Origin: Deltaproteobacteria bacterium
GTDB taxonomy: Bacteria > Myxococcota > Kuafuiibacteriia > Kuafuiibacteriales > Kuafuiibacteriaceae
NCBI GenBank assembly: GCA_040218735.1
Contig: JAVJQW010000061.1
Span: 224,001-288,000, forward strand
DNA: 64,000 nt
Reading direction: 5' to 3'
Shown here in pieces: positions 1 to 10,032 of this stretch (its first letter is position 1; every line of letters starts with the position of its first letter). A model generated the notes under the pieces. It was given only the letters and a program-made list of their open reading frames with translations. It was not told the origin of the DNA and did no database searches. The position numbers were made by a program, and so were the translations under genes.

Positions 1-1
1 A

Positions 2-3000
2 GTGCGCGCCGTGCACCGGCTCCCCCGTATCGGCACCATCGTGAAGCTCGGCCAGCGCTACGCGGGGGTCGAGGTCCACGCGCGCGAGCTGCGCCTCCTC
101 CTCCGCGACGACCTCTCGCTCGTCGCGCTCACCGGCGCCGTCAGCCCGGTCGGCGCGAAGGCACCGCGCTTCGATCTTTCGCCCGAATCCGCGCTCGCGA
201 TCGCGCTCGGTGACGCGACCGGTTCACTCGTCCCCGCCTCCGCGATGTCCGTGGCGCGCGCGGGCACCGACGACTTCGTGTACTTCGAAGCGCGCACCGA
301 CGACGTCCACCTCCCCGAGCCCGCGCGCGTGAAGCCGGTGTGGTTCGCGGACGGTCGCACGCTCGCCCCGGCCTACTTCATCGAGGCGTACGCCGGCCGC
401 CCCGACGGCGTGGAGCACGTCGCGTTCGCGCACGTGATCGACGCGCGCGACGGCAAGATCCTCGAGCGCGAAGATCTCACCAGCGCCGACTCGTTCGACT
501 ACCGCGTCTTCGCGGATCCCGTGACAGCACGCCCGCTCGACGGCCCGCACACCGACTTCTCGCCGCACCCCACCGGCGTGCCCGACGGCTCGATGCCCAC
601 GCCCATCACACCGAACCTCGTGACGATGGAGTCGTTCAACACCCCGCCCGGCGGTGCGACGGATCCGTGGCTCCCCGCCAGCGCGACGGAGGCGAACGGC
701 AACAACGTCGACTGCTACGCCGACATCACCGCGCCGAGCGGCTTCAACGCGGGCGACCTTCGCGCGACGACGACCTCCCCCGGCGTCTTCGACCGCTCGT
801 TCGACACCACGCAGGACCCCGTCGCCACCGAAGCGCAGAGCATGGCCGCGGCGACCAACGCCTTCTACATCACGAACTGGCTGCACGATTACTGGTACGA
901 CTCCGGCTTCGACGAAGCCGCCGGCAACGCGCAGCTCGACAACTACGGACGCGGCGGCCTCGGCGGTGACGCGCTCCGCATCGAGGTGCAGGACTACAGC
1001 GGCCGCAACAACGCCAACATGTCGACCCCCGGCGACGGCATGTCCCCGCGCATGCAGGTCTATGTATGGAGCGGCAACCAGCAGCCGAGCCTCACGCTCG
1101 TCGGCGCACCGAGCCCGACCGCCGTCGGCACCGCGAGCTTCGGTCCGCAGAACTTCGACGTGACCGGCACCGTCGTCGCCGGCGACGATGGCGTCGGCAC
1201 CGGGACCGACGCGTGTGAGCCGCTCGTCAACAACGTCGCCGGGCAGATCGCCCTCGTCGACCGCGGCGGGTGCACGTTCATCCTCAAGGTGCAGAACGCG
1301 GAGAACGCCGGCGCCATCGGCGTCATCCTCGTGAACAACCGCGGCGGCGGCCCGCCCGGCATGGGCGGCAGCGGCAACACCAACACCCCCGTCCTCTCCG
1401 TCACCGACGTGGACGGCGCCGCGATCCGCACCGCGCTCACCGGCGGCATCGTGACCGCGACGCTCTTCCGCATGGTCGCCCCGGACCTCGACGGCGCGCT
1501 CGACGTCGGCCTCGTCTCCCACGAGTGGGGCCACTACATCCACCGCCGCCTCACCTCGTGCGGCAACACGCAGTGCTCGGCAATGAGCGAAGGCTGGGGC
1601 GACATCCTCGACTGGTTCACGAAGATCCGCGAGGGCGACGACCTCAACGGCGCCTACGGCCACACCGTCTACGCCGCGAGCGGGCGCGCCAACGGCGCGT
1701 ACTTCGGGACACGCCGCACCGCCTACTCGATCAACCCGGCGATCAACGCGCAGTCGTTCCGACACATCCAGGACGGCGAGCCCGATCCCGTCGGCCAGCC
1801 CTACGATCCCGGCAACCCCAACTCCGAGATCCACAACGCCGGAGAGATCTGGTCGTCGATGCTCTTCGAGGTCTACGCCGAGCTCCTCTCGCAGGTCGGC
1901 CCGGCGCCCGCGCCGAGCTTCGAAGACATCCGCCGCCGCTTCGCCGACTACGTCGTCGCCGGCCTCATGCTCACCCCGCGCGCCGCGACGTACATCGAAG
2001 GTCGCGACGCGATCCTCGCCGCCGCCGCCGCCTCGAGCACGCAGGACCTCGGCGCGATCGCCGCGGCGTTCGGCCGGCGCGGCGCGGGCACCTGCGCCGA
2101 GGGACCGCCCGTCGCCTCCACGGATCTGATCGGCGTGGTCGAGGACACCGGCGTCAGCGCGCGCATCCTCGTCGGCGGCATCACGATCGACGACGGCCTT
2201 TACTCCTGCGACGGCGACGGCGTCCTCGACGCCGAGGAGCGCGGGCGCGTCACCTTCACGGTTTCGAACGGCGGCCCCGTCGCGATGCAGGGCGCGACGG
2301 TGACCCTCACCTCGTCGACCGCCGGCGTCACCTTCCCGGACGGCGCCACCGTGGCGCTGCCCGCGATCGATCCCTACCAGACCGCCTCGGTGGAGATCGC
2401 GGTGAACGTGGACCCGACGCTCACGCAGACCGGCGCGATGCACCTCCTCACCACCGTCGCGGCGCCGGACACCTGCCTCCTCTCGCGCACCAGCACCACG
2501 ATCACGTTGGTGAACCTCGACAGCGCCGTCGGCTCGACCTCGGACGACGTCGAAGCGCCGACCAGCGCGTGGACGCCGACGGGTGACCAGGCCCCCGAGA
2601 TCTGGTCCCGCCTCGAAGCCACCGCCGGGTACGCGTGGCACGGCGAGGACTTCGGCGCCCCCTCCGACACCTCGCTCGAGTCGCCGCCGCTGGTGGTGTC
2701 GGCGACCGCGGCGTTCGTGGTGTCGTTCGATCACCGCTTCTCGTTCGAGCAGAGCAGCGAAGACTTCGACGGCGGCATGATCGAGATCAGCATCGACGGC
2801 GGCCGGAACTGGAGCGACGTCTCGACGTACGTCGCCCCCGGCTACAACGGTACGCTCGGCACCAACAGCAACAACCCGCTCGGCGGGCGCGCCTGTTTCG
2901 CCGGCACCAACGGCGCGTGGCCGAACCGCGAGCGGCTCGTGCTCGACTTCGGGACGCAGCTCGCCGGACGCACCGTGCAGCTCCGGTTCCGCATCGGCAC

Positions 3001-4063
3001 CGACGCCGCCGTGTCGGACTTCGGTTGGGAGCTCGACGACTTCACAGTCAGTGGCATCGACAACGCCCCCTTCACCGCGCTGCGCCCCGACGGCACGACG
3101 TGCCTCCCCGAGCTCGTCGCGGACGCGGGCGGCGACCAGGAGGTCGAAGCGTTCACCGCCGTCTTGCTCGACGGCAGCGGCAGCGCGAGCAACGCCGGGC
3201 GCTCGCTCACCTTCAGCTGGGCGCAGACCGGCGGCCCGACCGTCGCGCTGACGCGCGCGAACACGAACCTCGCTGCGTTCAGCGCGCCGAACCTCCGGCA
3301 GGACACGACGCTCACGTTCGAGCTCACCGTCGACGACGGCGTCCTCGCCGCGACCGACACCGTCGACGTGCGGGTCCTCGCCGGCAACTTCACCGCGCTC
3401 GTCGCCGACGCGGGCATGGACCGGACCGTCGCACCGGGCGAGGTGGTTCGCCTCGACGCCTCCGCGAGCCGCGGCGAGGGCGCGCTGAGTTACACGTGGA
3501 CGCAGCTCGACGGGCCCGAGATCACGCTGCTCGACGCGGACGGCGTCGTGGCCGTGTTCGTCGCGCCCGAGCTCGACGCCGAGGTGACCGCGCGCTTCCA
3601 GGTGCAGGTCGAGGACGACAACAGCTCGGCGATCGACGCCGTGCAGATCACGATCATGGCGGCCGGCGCGGTGGTCGCGGACGCGGGCGCGGACCAATCC
3701 GTGGAAGGCGGGCAGACGGTCACGCTCGACGGCTCCGGCAGCAGCGGCGCCACGGCGTTTTCGTGGGCGCAAGTCTCGGGCACCACCGCCGAGATCGGCT
3801 CCGGCGCCGGCGAGCGCCTGGTCTTCGTCGCCCCCGACGTCGACGAAGCGCTCGTCTTCCGCCTCACGGCGAGCGACGGCGCGCGCGAAGCGACGGACGA
3901 GGTCACGATCACCGTGACGAAGGCGCCGGCGGGTGAGCTCCCCGAGGTCGACGACTCCGGTTGTTCCTGCGCCGCGACGGAGCGCGGCCGCCGCGGGTGG
4001 AGCTGGATGTTCCTCCCGCTGTTGTTCGCGGGCTACTTCTTCCGCGGCCGCGGAACGCCGTAG
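2..4063 (+). CDS. Myxosortase-dependent M36 (fungalysin) metallopeptidase with PA domain, three PKD/K319L-like repeats and MYXO-CTERM; 5' truncated by window edge
   Basis: HEWGH zinc motif followed by AMSEGWGD; EIHNAGEIW; PA domain (IALVDRGGCTF...AGAIGVIL); three ADAGxDxxV...LDGSxS repeats; C-terminal SGCSC + hydrophobic stretch + RGR. Confidence 0.9.
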   Translation: MRAVHRLPRIGTIVKLGQRYAGVEVHARELRLLLRDDLSLVALTGAVSPVGAKAPRFDLSPESALAIALGDATGSLVPASAMSVARAGTDDFVYFEARTDDVHLPEPARVKPVWFADGRTLAPAYFIEAYAGRPDGVEHVAFAHVIDARDGKILEREDLTSADSFDYRVFADPVTARPLDGPHTDFSPHPTGVPDGSMPTPITPNLVTMESFNTPPGGATDPWLPASATEANGNNVDCYADITAPSGFNAGDLRATTTSPGVFDRSFDTTQDPVATEAQSMAAATNAFYITNWLHDYWYDSGFDEAAGNAQLDNYGRGGLGGDALRIEVQDYSGRNNANMSTPGDGMSPRMQVYVWSGNQQPSLTLVGAPSPTAVGTASFGPQNFDVTGTVVAGDDGVGTGTDACEPLVNNVAGQIALVDRGGCTFILKVQNAENAGAIGVILVNNRGGGPPGMGGSGNTNTPVLSVTDVDGAAIRTALTGGIVTATLFRMVAPDLDGALDVGLVSHEWGHYIHRRLTSCGNTQCSAMSEGWGDILDWFTKIREGDDLNGAYGHTVYAASGRANGAYFGTRRTAYSINPAINAQSFRHIQDGEPDPVGQPYDPGNPNSEIHNAGEIWSSMLFEVYAELLSQVGPAPAPSFEDIRRRFADYVVAGLMLTPRAATYIEGRDAILAAAAASSTQDLGAIAAAFGRRGAGTCAEGPPVASTDLIGVVEDTGVSARILVGGITIDDGLYSCDGDGVLDAEERGRVTFTVSNGGPVAMQGATVTLTSSTAGVTFPDGATVALPAIDPYQTASVEIAVNVDPTLTQTGAMHLLTTVAAPDTCLLSRTSTTITLVNLDSAVGSTSDDVEAPTSAWTPTGDQAPEIWSRLEATAGYAWHGEDFGAPSDTSLESPPLVVSATAAFVVSFDHRFSFEQSSEDFDGGMIEISIDGGRNWSDVSTYVAPGYNGTLGTNSNNPLGGRACFAGTNGAWPNRERLVLDFGTQLAGRTVQLRFRIGTDAAVSDFGWELDDFTVSGIDNAPFTALRPDGTTCLPELVADAGGDQEVEAFTAVLLDGSGSASNAGRSLTFSWAQTGGPTVALTRANTNLAAFSAPNLRQDTTLTFELTVDDGVLAATDTVDVRVLAGNFTALVADAGMDRTVAPGEVVRLDASASRGEGALSYTWTQLDGPEITLLDADGVVAVFVAPELDAEVTARFQVQVEDDNSSAIDAVQITIMAAGAVVADAGADQSVEGGQTVTLDGSGSSGATAFSWAQVSGTTAEIGSGAGERLVFVAPDVDEALVFRLTASDGAREATDEVTITVTKAPAGELPEVDDSGCSCAATERGRRGWSWMFLPLLFAGYFFRGRGTP

Positions 4064-5751
4064 CGATCGAGGCGCCGCAGCAGCGTCTTCCGCGAGATCC
4101 CGAGCAGCTCGGCGGCGCGCGACTGGTTACCGCCGCACTTCTCGAGGGCGTCGAGGATGCGCTGCTTCTCCAGCGAATCGATCTCCTCCCCGAGCGAAGT
4201 CGGCGCCGGCGGCGAGAGCGAACCACCGCGCGGCGAAGCGAACACGATCGACGACGACAGCCGATCCATCGGCAGGTGCTCCCGCGTGATCACGCCGTCG
4301 ATCGCGAGGATGACCGCGCGCTCCACGACGTTCTTCAGCTCGCGTACGTTGCCCGGCCATGCGTAGGACATGAACGCCGCGATCGCGTCGTCACCGAAGC
4401 GCGGCACCACGCGGCCCTCGCGCTCCGCGGTGTTCTTCGCGAACGCGCTCGCGAACACCTGGATCTCGTCCGTCCGTTCGCGCAGCGGCGGGACTACGAG
4501 TGAGATTCCATTCAAACGATAGTAGAGATCCTCGCGGAACGCGCCGCGGCGGATCAGGTCTTCGAGGTCCTGGTTGGTGGCGGCGATGAGGCGGGTGTCG
4601 ATCTGCGTCGGCTTCACGCTGCCGAGGCGACGCACTTGCCGATCCTCGAGCACGCGCAGGAGCTTCACCTGCGTCGACGGCGACATCTCGCCGAGCTCGT
4701 CGAGGAACACGGTCCCGCCCTCGGCGGTCTCGAGCAGCCCCGGCTTCGCCTGCACGGCGCCGGTGAACGCGCCGCGCTCGTGGCCAAACAGCTCGCTCTC
4801 CAGCAGCTCCTCCGTGAAACCGCCGCAGTTGATCGCGACGAACGGCTTCGCGGCGCGCTTCGACTTCGCGTGGACGTGGTTCGCGAGGACCTCCTTGCCA
4901 ACGCCGGTCTCCCCGAGCACGAGCACGGAGAGATCACTCGGCGCGACGCGTTCGGCGAGCGCGTAAAGCTGCACCATCGCGCGGCTCTCGATGACGAGGC
5001 CGGAGGGTTCGTCGCTGGACTCTCCGAACAGTCGACGCCCCGCGAGGGACGACAGGGACTCGGCGTCCGATCCGTCCTGCGGGAACACGGCGATGCCGGC
5101 CTGCACGTTCGCACCGACGCGGTTGAGCCCGAACCGCAGCGCGGCGACGGCGTCCTCGGCGCCCTCCACGTCGGCGTCTCGAATCGCGATCTCGTACTCC
5201 CCGGGCGCATACCGGGCGGCGAGATCGCGGGGGCTGACGATCGAGGTGAGCGTCGCCTCGGCCATCGGCGCGGGGACCTCGGCGATGCGCGCGCGGATCA
5301 CCGCGAAGGGTTCGCCGTCGGCGCAGAGGTCCTGCATGCGGGTGAGGTAGTGCTCGTGCGCCCAGATGCGGTGCGCCACCTCCACGCTCATCCCTTCCTG
5401 CACGACGAGGGTGGTGTGACCACAGTCGATGACGTCGCCGATCTCGAACTCGTGGGAGGTGTTCGCGGCGATCGGCGTGCCGCGCAGGCGCGTCCCGTTG
5501 CTGCTCCCGAGGTCCGTCACGGTGAGCGGATCGAACGCCAGCGACACGTGAATGCGCGACAAGGCTGCATCTTCGACCTGGACGTCGGCGTCGACGGACC
5601 TCCCGACGGTCAGGCGGGGCTTGTCGACCGAGAAGGTTTGGGCGCCCGTGGGCGAGAGCACCAGCAGCCGCCGCCGCCCGGAGCGGGAACGGTCCTCGGG
5701 GACGGTGACGCCCTCGGTGAATCGCTCACGGTCATCGTTTCGGCGGGGCAT
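4033..5751 (-). CDS. Sigma-54-dependent transcriptional regulator (FHA + degenerate GGDEF-like + AAA+ + Fis HTH)
   Basis: FHA (VGRS...LSRIH...DLGSSNGT), GETGVGKE, ELFGHERGAFTGA, WPGNVREL, NQSRAAELLGISRKTL; start moved to ATG 5751. Confidence 0.9.
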   Translation of the reverse strand: MPRRNDDRERFTEGVTVPEDRSRSGRRRLLVLSPTGAQTFSVDKPRLTVGRSVDADVQVEDAALSRIHVSLAFDPLTVTDLGSSNGTRLRGTPIAANTSHEFEIGDVIDCGHTTLVVQEGMSVEVAHRIWAHEHYLTRMQDLCADGEPFAVIRARIAEVPAPMAEATLTSIVSPRDLAARYAPGEYEIAIRDADVEGAEDAVAALRFGLNRVGANVQAGIAVFPQDGSDAESLSSLAGRRLFGESSDEPSGLVIESRAMVQLYALAERVAPSDLSVLVLGETGVGKEVLANHVHAKSKRAAKPFVAINCGGFTEELLESELFGHERGAFTGAVQAKPGLLETAEGGTVFLDELGEMSPSTQVKLLRVLEDRQVRRLGSVKPTQIDTRLIAATNQDLEDLIRRGAFREDLYYRLNGISLVVPPLRERTDEIQVFASAFAKNTAEREGRVVPRFGDDAIAAFMSYAWPGNVRELKNVVERAVILAIDGVITREHLPMDRLSSSIVFASPRGGSLSPPAPTSLGEEIDSLEKQRILDALEKCGGNQSRAAELLGISRKTLLRRLDRYGVPRPRKK

Positions 5752-5851
5752 CGGCGAGCGCGCGCGGAGGATAGCAGAAAGCGGCCCGCCGGGTTCGACG
5801 GGCGTCGAGGACGGGAAGTGGAGCCGGGATTTGGGTATGCTGGTCGCCCCG

Positions 5852-7603
5852 ATGGGTCGCCCCGCCCCCAGGTCCGGATCGCAGTCGTTCATGCCCGAAC
5901 GCATCGGGCGGTACCGGATCATCGGCGAGCTCGGTCAGGGGGGCATGGGCGCGATCTACCTCGGTCGGGCCGACGGCTTGGGCGGCTTCGAGCGGCTCGT
6001 CGCGATCAAGACGATCCATCGCCACCTCTCCGGGGAGCGACAGTTCATCGACATGTTCCTCGACGAGGCCCGCATCGCGGCTTCGATCCGACACCCGCAC
6101 GTCGTGTCGGTCTTCGACGTCGGCGAGGAAGACGGTCGCTACTACATCGCGATGGACTACGTCAGCGGCGACCCGTTCTCGGTGCTCCTCGATCGCACGT
6201 GGGGTCGCCACATCGCGGTCCCCGCGCACGCGATGGCCTACGTGGTCGCGGTCGCGTGCGAGGGCCTGCACGCCGCGCACGAGCTGAAGGACCCGACGAC
6301 CGGCGCATCACTCGGCGTCGTGCACCGTGACATCTGCCCGCAGAACATCCTCGTCGGCTACGACGGCATCGTGCGTCTGATGGACTTCGGCGTCGCGAAG
6401 GCCGCGGGCCAGCTCGCACTCACCAACCCGGGCGTGCACAAGGGCAAGGTCCCGTACATGTCGCCCGAGCAAGTGAAGGGCCACGAGATCGATCGCCGCT
6501 CCGACGTGTTCGCGATGGGCGTCGTGCTCTGGGAGGCCACCGTCGGGCGGCGGCTCTTCAAAGACGAAAACGATCTTCGTAGCGCCGCGCGGGTGCTGCG
6601 CGGCCGCGTGCCACCTCCGTCGACGATCGTCGACGGCTACCCGACCGCGCTCGAGAAGGTCGTGCTTCGGGCGCTCGACCCCGACCCGGGGAGCCGTTTC
6701 CAAACCGCGCGTGAGCTCGGCGACGGCCTCCAGGGCTGCCTCGCCCCCTACGGGCGCTTCAGCTCGGTCGACGTCGCGAACCTGATGCAGGAGCACTGCG
6801 CCGATCGGGTCGAACGAAAGAAGGACATCGAGCGGCGCGCGTCGGTCGCCGCGCTCGACGAGGTCGTCCTCGACCGCAAGACGCGGGAGCTCTTCATCGG
6901 CGATGAACAGCTCCCCTCCCACGACCTCGACGAGGACGTCGGCGAGGAGGACCTGCAGGAGGTCTCCGCCGTGCTCCTCGGTCTCGCGGGTCTCCCGGAT
7001 CCGGCGACACCCGACGCCGCAACCAAGCGACTCGATCTGCGTTCCCCGGGCTTCGTCGTGCTCCGCGGCACCGAGGACGCCCAGGAGCTCACACGTCCGA
7101 TCGGCGATCGAGTCCCCGAGCAGGCTTTCTTCGAGGACGGGTCGAACGCCTCCGCGCCCACGCTGAAGATCGAAGTGGTGGACGACGATGCGGCCTCGCT
7201 GCGCCCGAAGCTCGCGCTGCCCCTCCTCGTCGTGGCGGTGTGCGCCGCCGGCATCGCCGCGGTGATGTTGCTGCAGAGCTCGGACCCCGCACCGCCCTCC
7301 GTCCCGACGGCGACTCGGACCGAGCGGGCGGTCGCGCCCAAGCAGTCGACGCCGCCGAACGACGTCACGACGGCTCCAGAACCCGCCGCCGAAACCTCCG
7401 CGACGACCGCAGAAGCGACGACGGAAGAAACGTCCGAAGAGGCGACGACCGAAGCCGTGACGACCGCGGCGCCCGAGCGGAAGAAGGCCGAGCCGAAACA
7501 ACGGACGCGCCGTAAGCGTCGACGCGCGGCGCCGAAGACGACGAAGACCGAACAGACCCCGAAGGCCCCCAGCCGATTCCTCGTGGGGCCGGAGGACCTG
7601 TGA
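5852..7603 (+). CDS. Membrane-anchored Ser/Thr protein kinase
   Basis: LGQGGMG, VAIK, HRDICPQN, DFG, YMSPEQ; C-terminal TM helix and Thr/Glu-rich tail; start 5852 or 5891. Confidence 0.9.
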   Translation: MGRPAPRSGSQSFMPERIGRYRIIGELGQGGMGAIYLGRADGLGGFERLVAIKTIHRHLSGERQFIDMFLDEARIAASIRHPHVVSVFDVGEEDGRYYIAMDYVSGDPFSVLLDRTWGRHIAVPAHAMAYVVAVACEGLHAAHELKDPTTGASLGVVHRDICPQNILVGYDGIVRLMDFGVAKAAGQLALTNPGVHKGKVPYMSPEQVKGHEIDRRSDVFAMGVVLWEATVGRRLFKDENDLRSAARVLRGRVPPPSTIVDGYPTALEKVVLRALDPDPGSRFQTARELGDGLQGCLAPYGRFSSVDVANLMQEHCADRVERKKDIERRASVAALDEVVLDRKTRELFIGDEQLPSHDLDEDVGEEDLQEVSAVLLGLAGLPDPATPDAATKRLDLRSPGFVVLRGTEDAQELTRPIGDRVPEQAFFEDGSNASAPTLKIEVVDDDAASLRPKLALPLLVVAVCAAGIAAVMLLQSSDPAPPSVPTATRTERAVAPKQSTPPNDVTTAPEPAAETSATTAEATTEETSEEATTEAVTTAAPERKKAEPKQRTRRKRRRAAPKTTKTEQTPKAPSRFLVGPEDL

Positions 7604-8319
7604 TCCGAACCGCCTTGCTCATCACGCTCGCCGCGTTCGCCGCGACGGGCGAGGAAGACGCCAAATCCACCGCCGCCCGCTACCTCGCCGAAGGCAACGC
7701 CGCGTTCGCGGACGGTCGCACCCTCGACGCGCTCGACAAGTACCGCGCCGCGCACGCCGCGTACCCGAGCCCGAAGATCCAGATGAACATCGGCGAAGCG
7801 CACTTCGCCCTGCGGCAGTACGTCGAAGCGCAGGCGGCGTTCCTGGAGGTCGTGGACGGTTTGCCGGGGACATCGCCCGTGCACATCGCGGCTCGACAGC
7901 GCCTGGAAGAGCTCGACGCCCACGTCGGGCGACTCACCGTGACCAGTGTCCCCGACGCCTCGCTGCGCATCGACGACGGCGAGCCCACGAAGACGCCGCT
8001 GGTCGGCGCGCCGATCGAAGCGGGAACACACCGGCTCGAGCTGTCGGCGCCGACCCACGTCACGGCGGTGGAGTCGGTGACGATCGAGGGTGGTCGCACG
8101 TCGACGGTCGCGGTGAAGCTCGTGCCCGAGATCGTGCCGCCCCGCGCGGAGCCCGAGCCCGAGGGGGAGGGGCTCGCGTGGTGGGTCTGGGCGGGCGTCG
8201 GGGTCGCGGCGGCGGCGACGGTGGCGACGATCTTCGTCGTTGCGTCGGGCTCCGGTGACGACTTCACACCCGGCGGTGAGCTCGGGCGCTCCTCGCTCGA
8301 CGACTGGGGGATGCGTTGA
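7600..8319 (+). CDS. TPR-like + PEGA domain protein
   Basis: Signal peptide, helical TPR-like segment, PEGA (LTVTSVPDASLRIDD...GTHRLELSAP), C-terminal WWVW TM segment; GTGA overlap with kinase. Confidence 0.8.
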   Translation: MIRTALLITLAAFAATGEEDAKSTAARYLAEGNAAFADGRTLDALDKYRAAHAAYPSPKIQMNIGEAHFALRQYVEAQAAFLEVVDGLPGTSPVHIAARQRLEELDAHVGRLTVTSVPDASLRIDDGEPTKTPLVGAPIEAGTHRLELSAPTHVTAVESVTIEGGRTSTVAVKLVPEIVPPRAEPEPEGEGLAWWVWAGVGVAAAATVATIFVVASGSGDDFTPGGELGRSSLDDWGMR

Positions 8320-9776
8320 GGCGCGGCGTCTTCGTGGGGCTCGCGCTGGCGTGCGCGTGCGGCGGGGACGTTTGTGAGGACGGAGCGCCGGCCGCGCAGA
8401 TCACGGTGCAGGTCGCGCCGGCGATCGGCGCGCGCGTCGAACGGATCGACGTCGAGCTCGACCTTGGAGGCACGACGTACACGAACAGCTACGAGACCGC
8501 GGGTCGGCTCGACGACGGCGAGACGGCGTTCGCCGTCGACCTCGGTGCGATGCGCGTGACCGAACCGACGATGCTCGCGGTGCGGGTCACGGCCTACGAG
8601 GCGATGCAGGTCGTGAGCAGCGGCGCGCAACAGGCGACGGTCAGCGCCGACGCATGCAACACGATCGTGGTCGCGCTCGGCGGCGGCGGCGGGTGTGGCG
8701 ACGGGGCGTTGGACGGGGGCGAGGCCTGCGACGGCCAGGCCTTCGGCGACGACAGCTGCCTCGCCCGCGGGCGACGCACCGGCGGTGGCCTGGTCTGCAC
8801 GCCGAGCTGCGTCGTGGATGCCTCCGGGTGCGGGCCGGTGATCGACACACCGGAGGCGCTCGTCAGCGCCGTCGCGGAAGCCAACGCACGGGACGTCGCC
8901 ACCACCATCGCGATCCCCGCGGGCACGTACACGTTGACCGCGCCGCTCGTGCTGTCGGGGCCGGCGATCACGCTGGAGCCGATGGACGGTGTCGTTCGTT
9001 TGAGTGGAGACGTCGCGGTTCGCGTCGAGTCCGCCGGGAGCACGGTGCGCAACTTGGCTTTCGTGGACGTGACCACCGCCGTGGTCATCGACGCGCAGGA
9101 CGTCACGTTCTCGGGCAACGCGGTACGGGCCGAGACACGCGCGGGGGCGGCGTTGGTGCAGGTCGAGATGACCGCGGCCGCCGCGCGGGTGTCCGCGAAC
9201 CACTTTCTGTCCACGCCGACGAGCCAGTCCGCGATCGTCATCGACGGCGCGCAGGACACCCGCGTGGAGATGAACGTGATCGACGGCGCGTACACGTACG
9301 CCGTCGACGTCGCCCGGCCCGGCGGAGCGCTGAAACTCGACCAGAATAGTCTCCGGCTCGGCGCGGGCACGGGGGTGCGGTTCGACGCTCGACCCAACGC
9401 GACGCTCTGCGTGCGCAACAACGCCATCGTGGTCGACGCCAACGCGACGGCGTTCGACGTCTCGATGCAAGCGCGCTTCGGCGCGTGCGACGCGATCGAC
9501 ACCGGCCACAACGCCGTGGGGGGCGCCGGGACGCCCTGCAGCGGCACGTGTGGTCTCTGCGCCGGCGCCGGCCCCCTGTGCGCCGCGGAGGCGGCCTTCG
9601 CCGACGAAGCGCTCTGCCCCGCGACCGGCTCGGCGTTGATCGACGACGGCGCGGACCTCGGACTGGACCTCGTCGACGACGACGAAGCGCGCTTCCTCGG
9701 CGCGCGCCCCGACGTCGGCGCGCGCGAAGCCGGGAGCACCCGCGCCTTCGGCGGCGCGGCCTCGACGTGCCCCTAG
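8316..9776 (+). CDS. Lipoprotein with myxobacterial Cys-rich repeat and right-handed beta-helix
   Basis: Lipobox LACACGG; CGDGALDGGEACDG; repeated N-ladder strands; PDVGARE C-terminal motif; TTGA overlap with upstream gene. Confidence 0.7.
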   Translation: MRRGVFVGLALACACGGDVCEDGAPAAQITVQVAPAIGARVERIDVELDLGGTTYTNSYETAGRLDDGETAFAVDLGAMRVTEPTMLAVRVTAYEAMQVVSSGAQQATVSADACNTIVVALGGGGGCGDGALDGGEACDGQAFGDDSCLARGRRTGGGLVCTPSCVVDASGCGPVIDTPEALVSAVAEANARDVATTIAIPAGTYTLTAPLVLSGPAITLEPMDGVVRLSGDVAVRVESAGSTVRNLAFVDVTTAVVIDAQDVTFSGNAVRAETRAGAALVQVEMTAAAARVSANHFLSTPTSQSAIVIDGAQDTRVEMNVIDGAYTYAVDVARPGGALKLDQNSLRLGAGTGVRFDARPNATLCVRNNAIVVDANATAFDVSMQARFGACDAIDTGHNAVGGAGTPCSGTCGLCAGAGPLCAAEAAFADEALCPATGSALIDDGADLGLDLVDDDEARFLGARPDVGAREAGSTRAFGGAASTCP

Positions 9777-10020
9777 AACGTGGCGAGGCTGCGCCTCGAA
9801 CGCTCGAGGATCGGCCGAAACGCAGTGCGGCGCATCCTCGCGCTGGCAGGCAACAGCGAGCAGCCGGCAGCTTGGGTACCACGATCGTTGCGCCGGTTGT
9901 TTAGGCGGGCTCGAATCAGCGCAGATAAGCGGCCGGAGCGATCTGCTAGCTGCCGGCTGCCTCCTGCATGCCCCGGCGGTCGATCCGCGCACCGAACGTC
10001 GGCTTCGTCACGCTTCTCTT
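9773..10020. repeat. Intergenic imperfect foldback between convergent genes
   Basis: GCAGCCGGCAGCT (9860-9872) pairs perfectly with AGCTGCCGGCTGC (9948-9960); inner GCAGAT/ATCTGC hairpin; weaker outer pairing. Confidence 0.55.
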
Positions 10021-10032
10021 GGAGCAAGACAC

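Noticed and set aside
224-3772. Very long antisense and alternate-frame ORFs (e.g. 224-3772, 29581-31713, 31595-33913, 42307-44883, 48524-50782)
   Set aside because: Arg/Ala/Gly-rich shadow ORFs of real genes, expected at this GC content; no motifs
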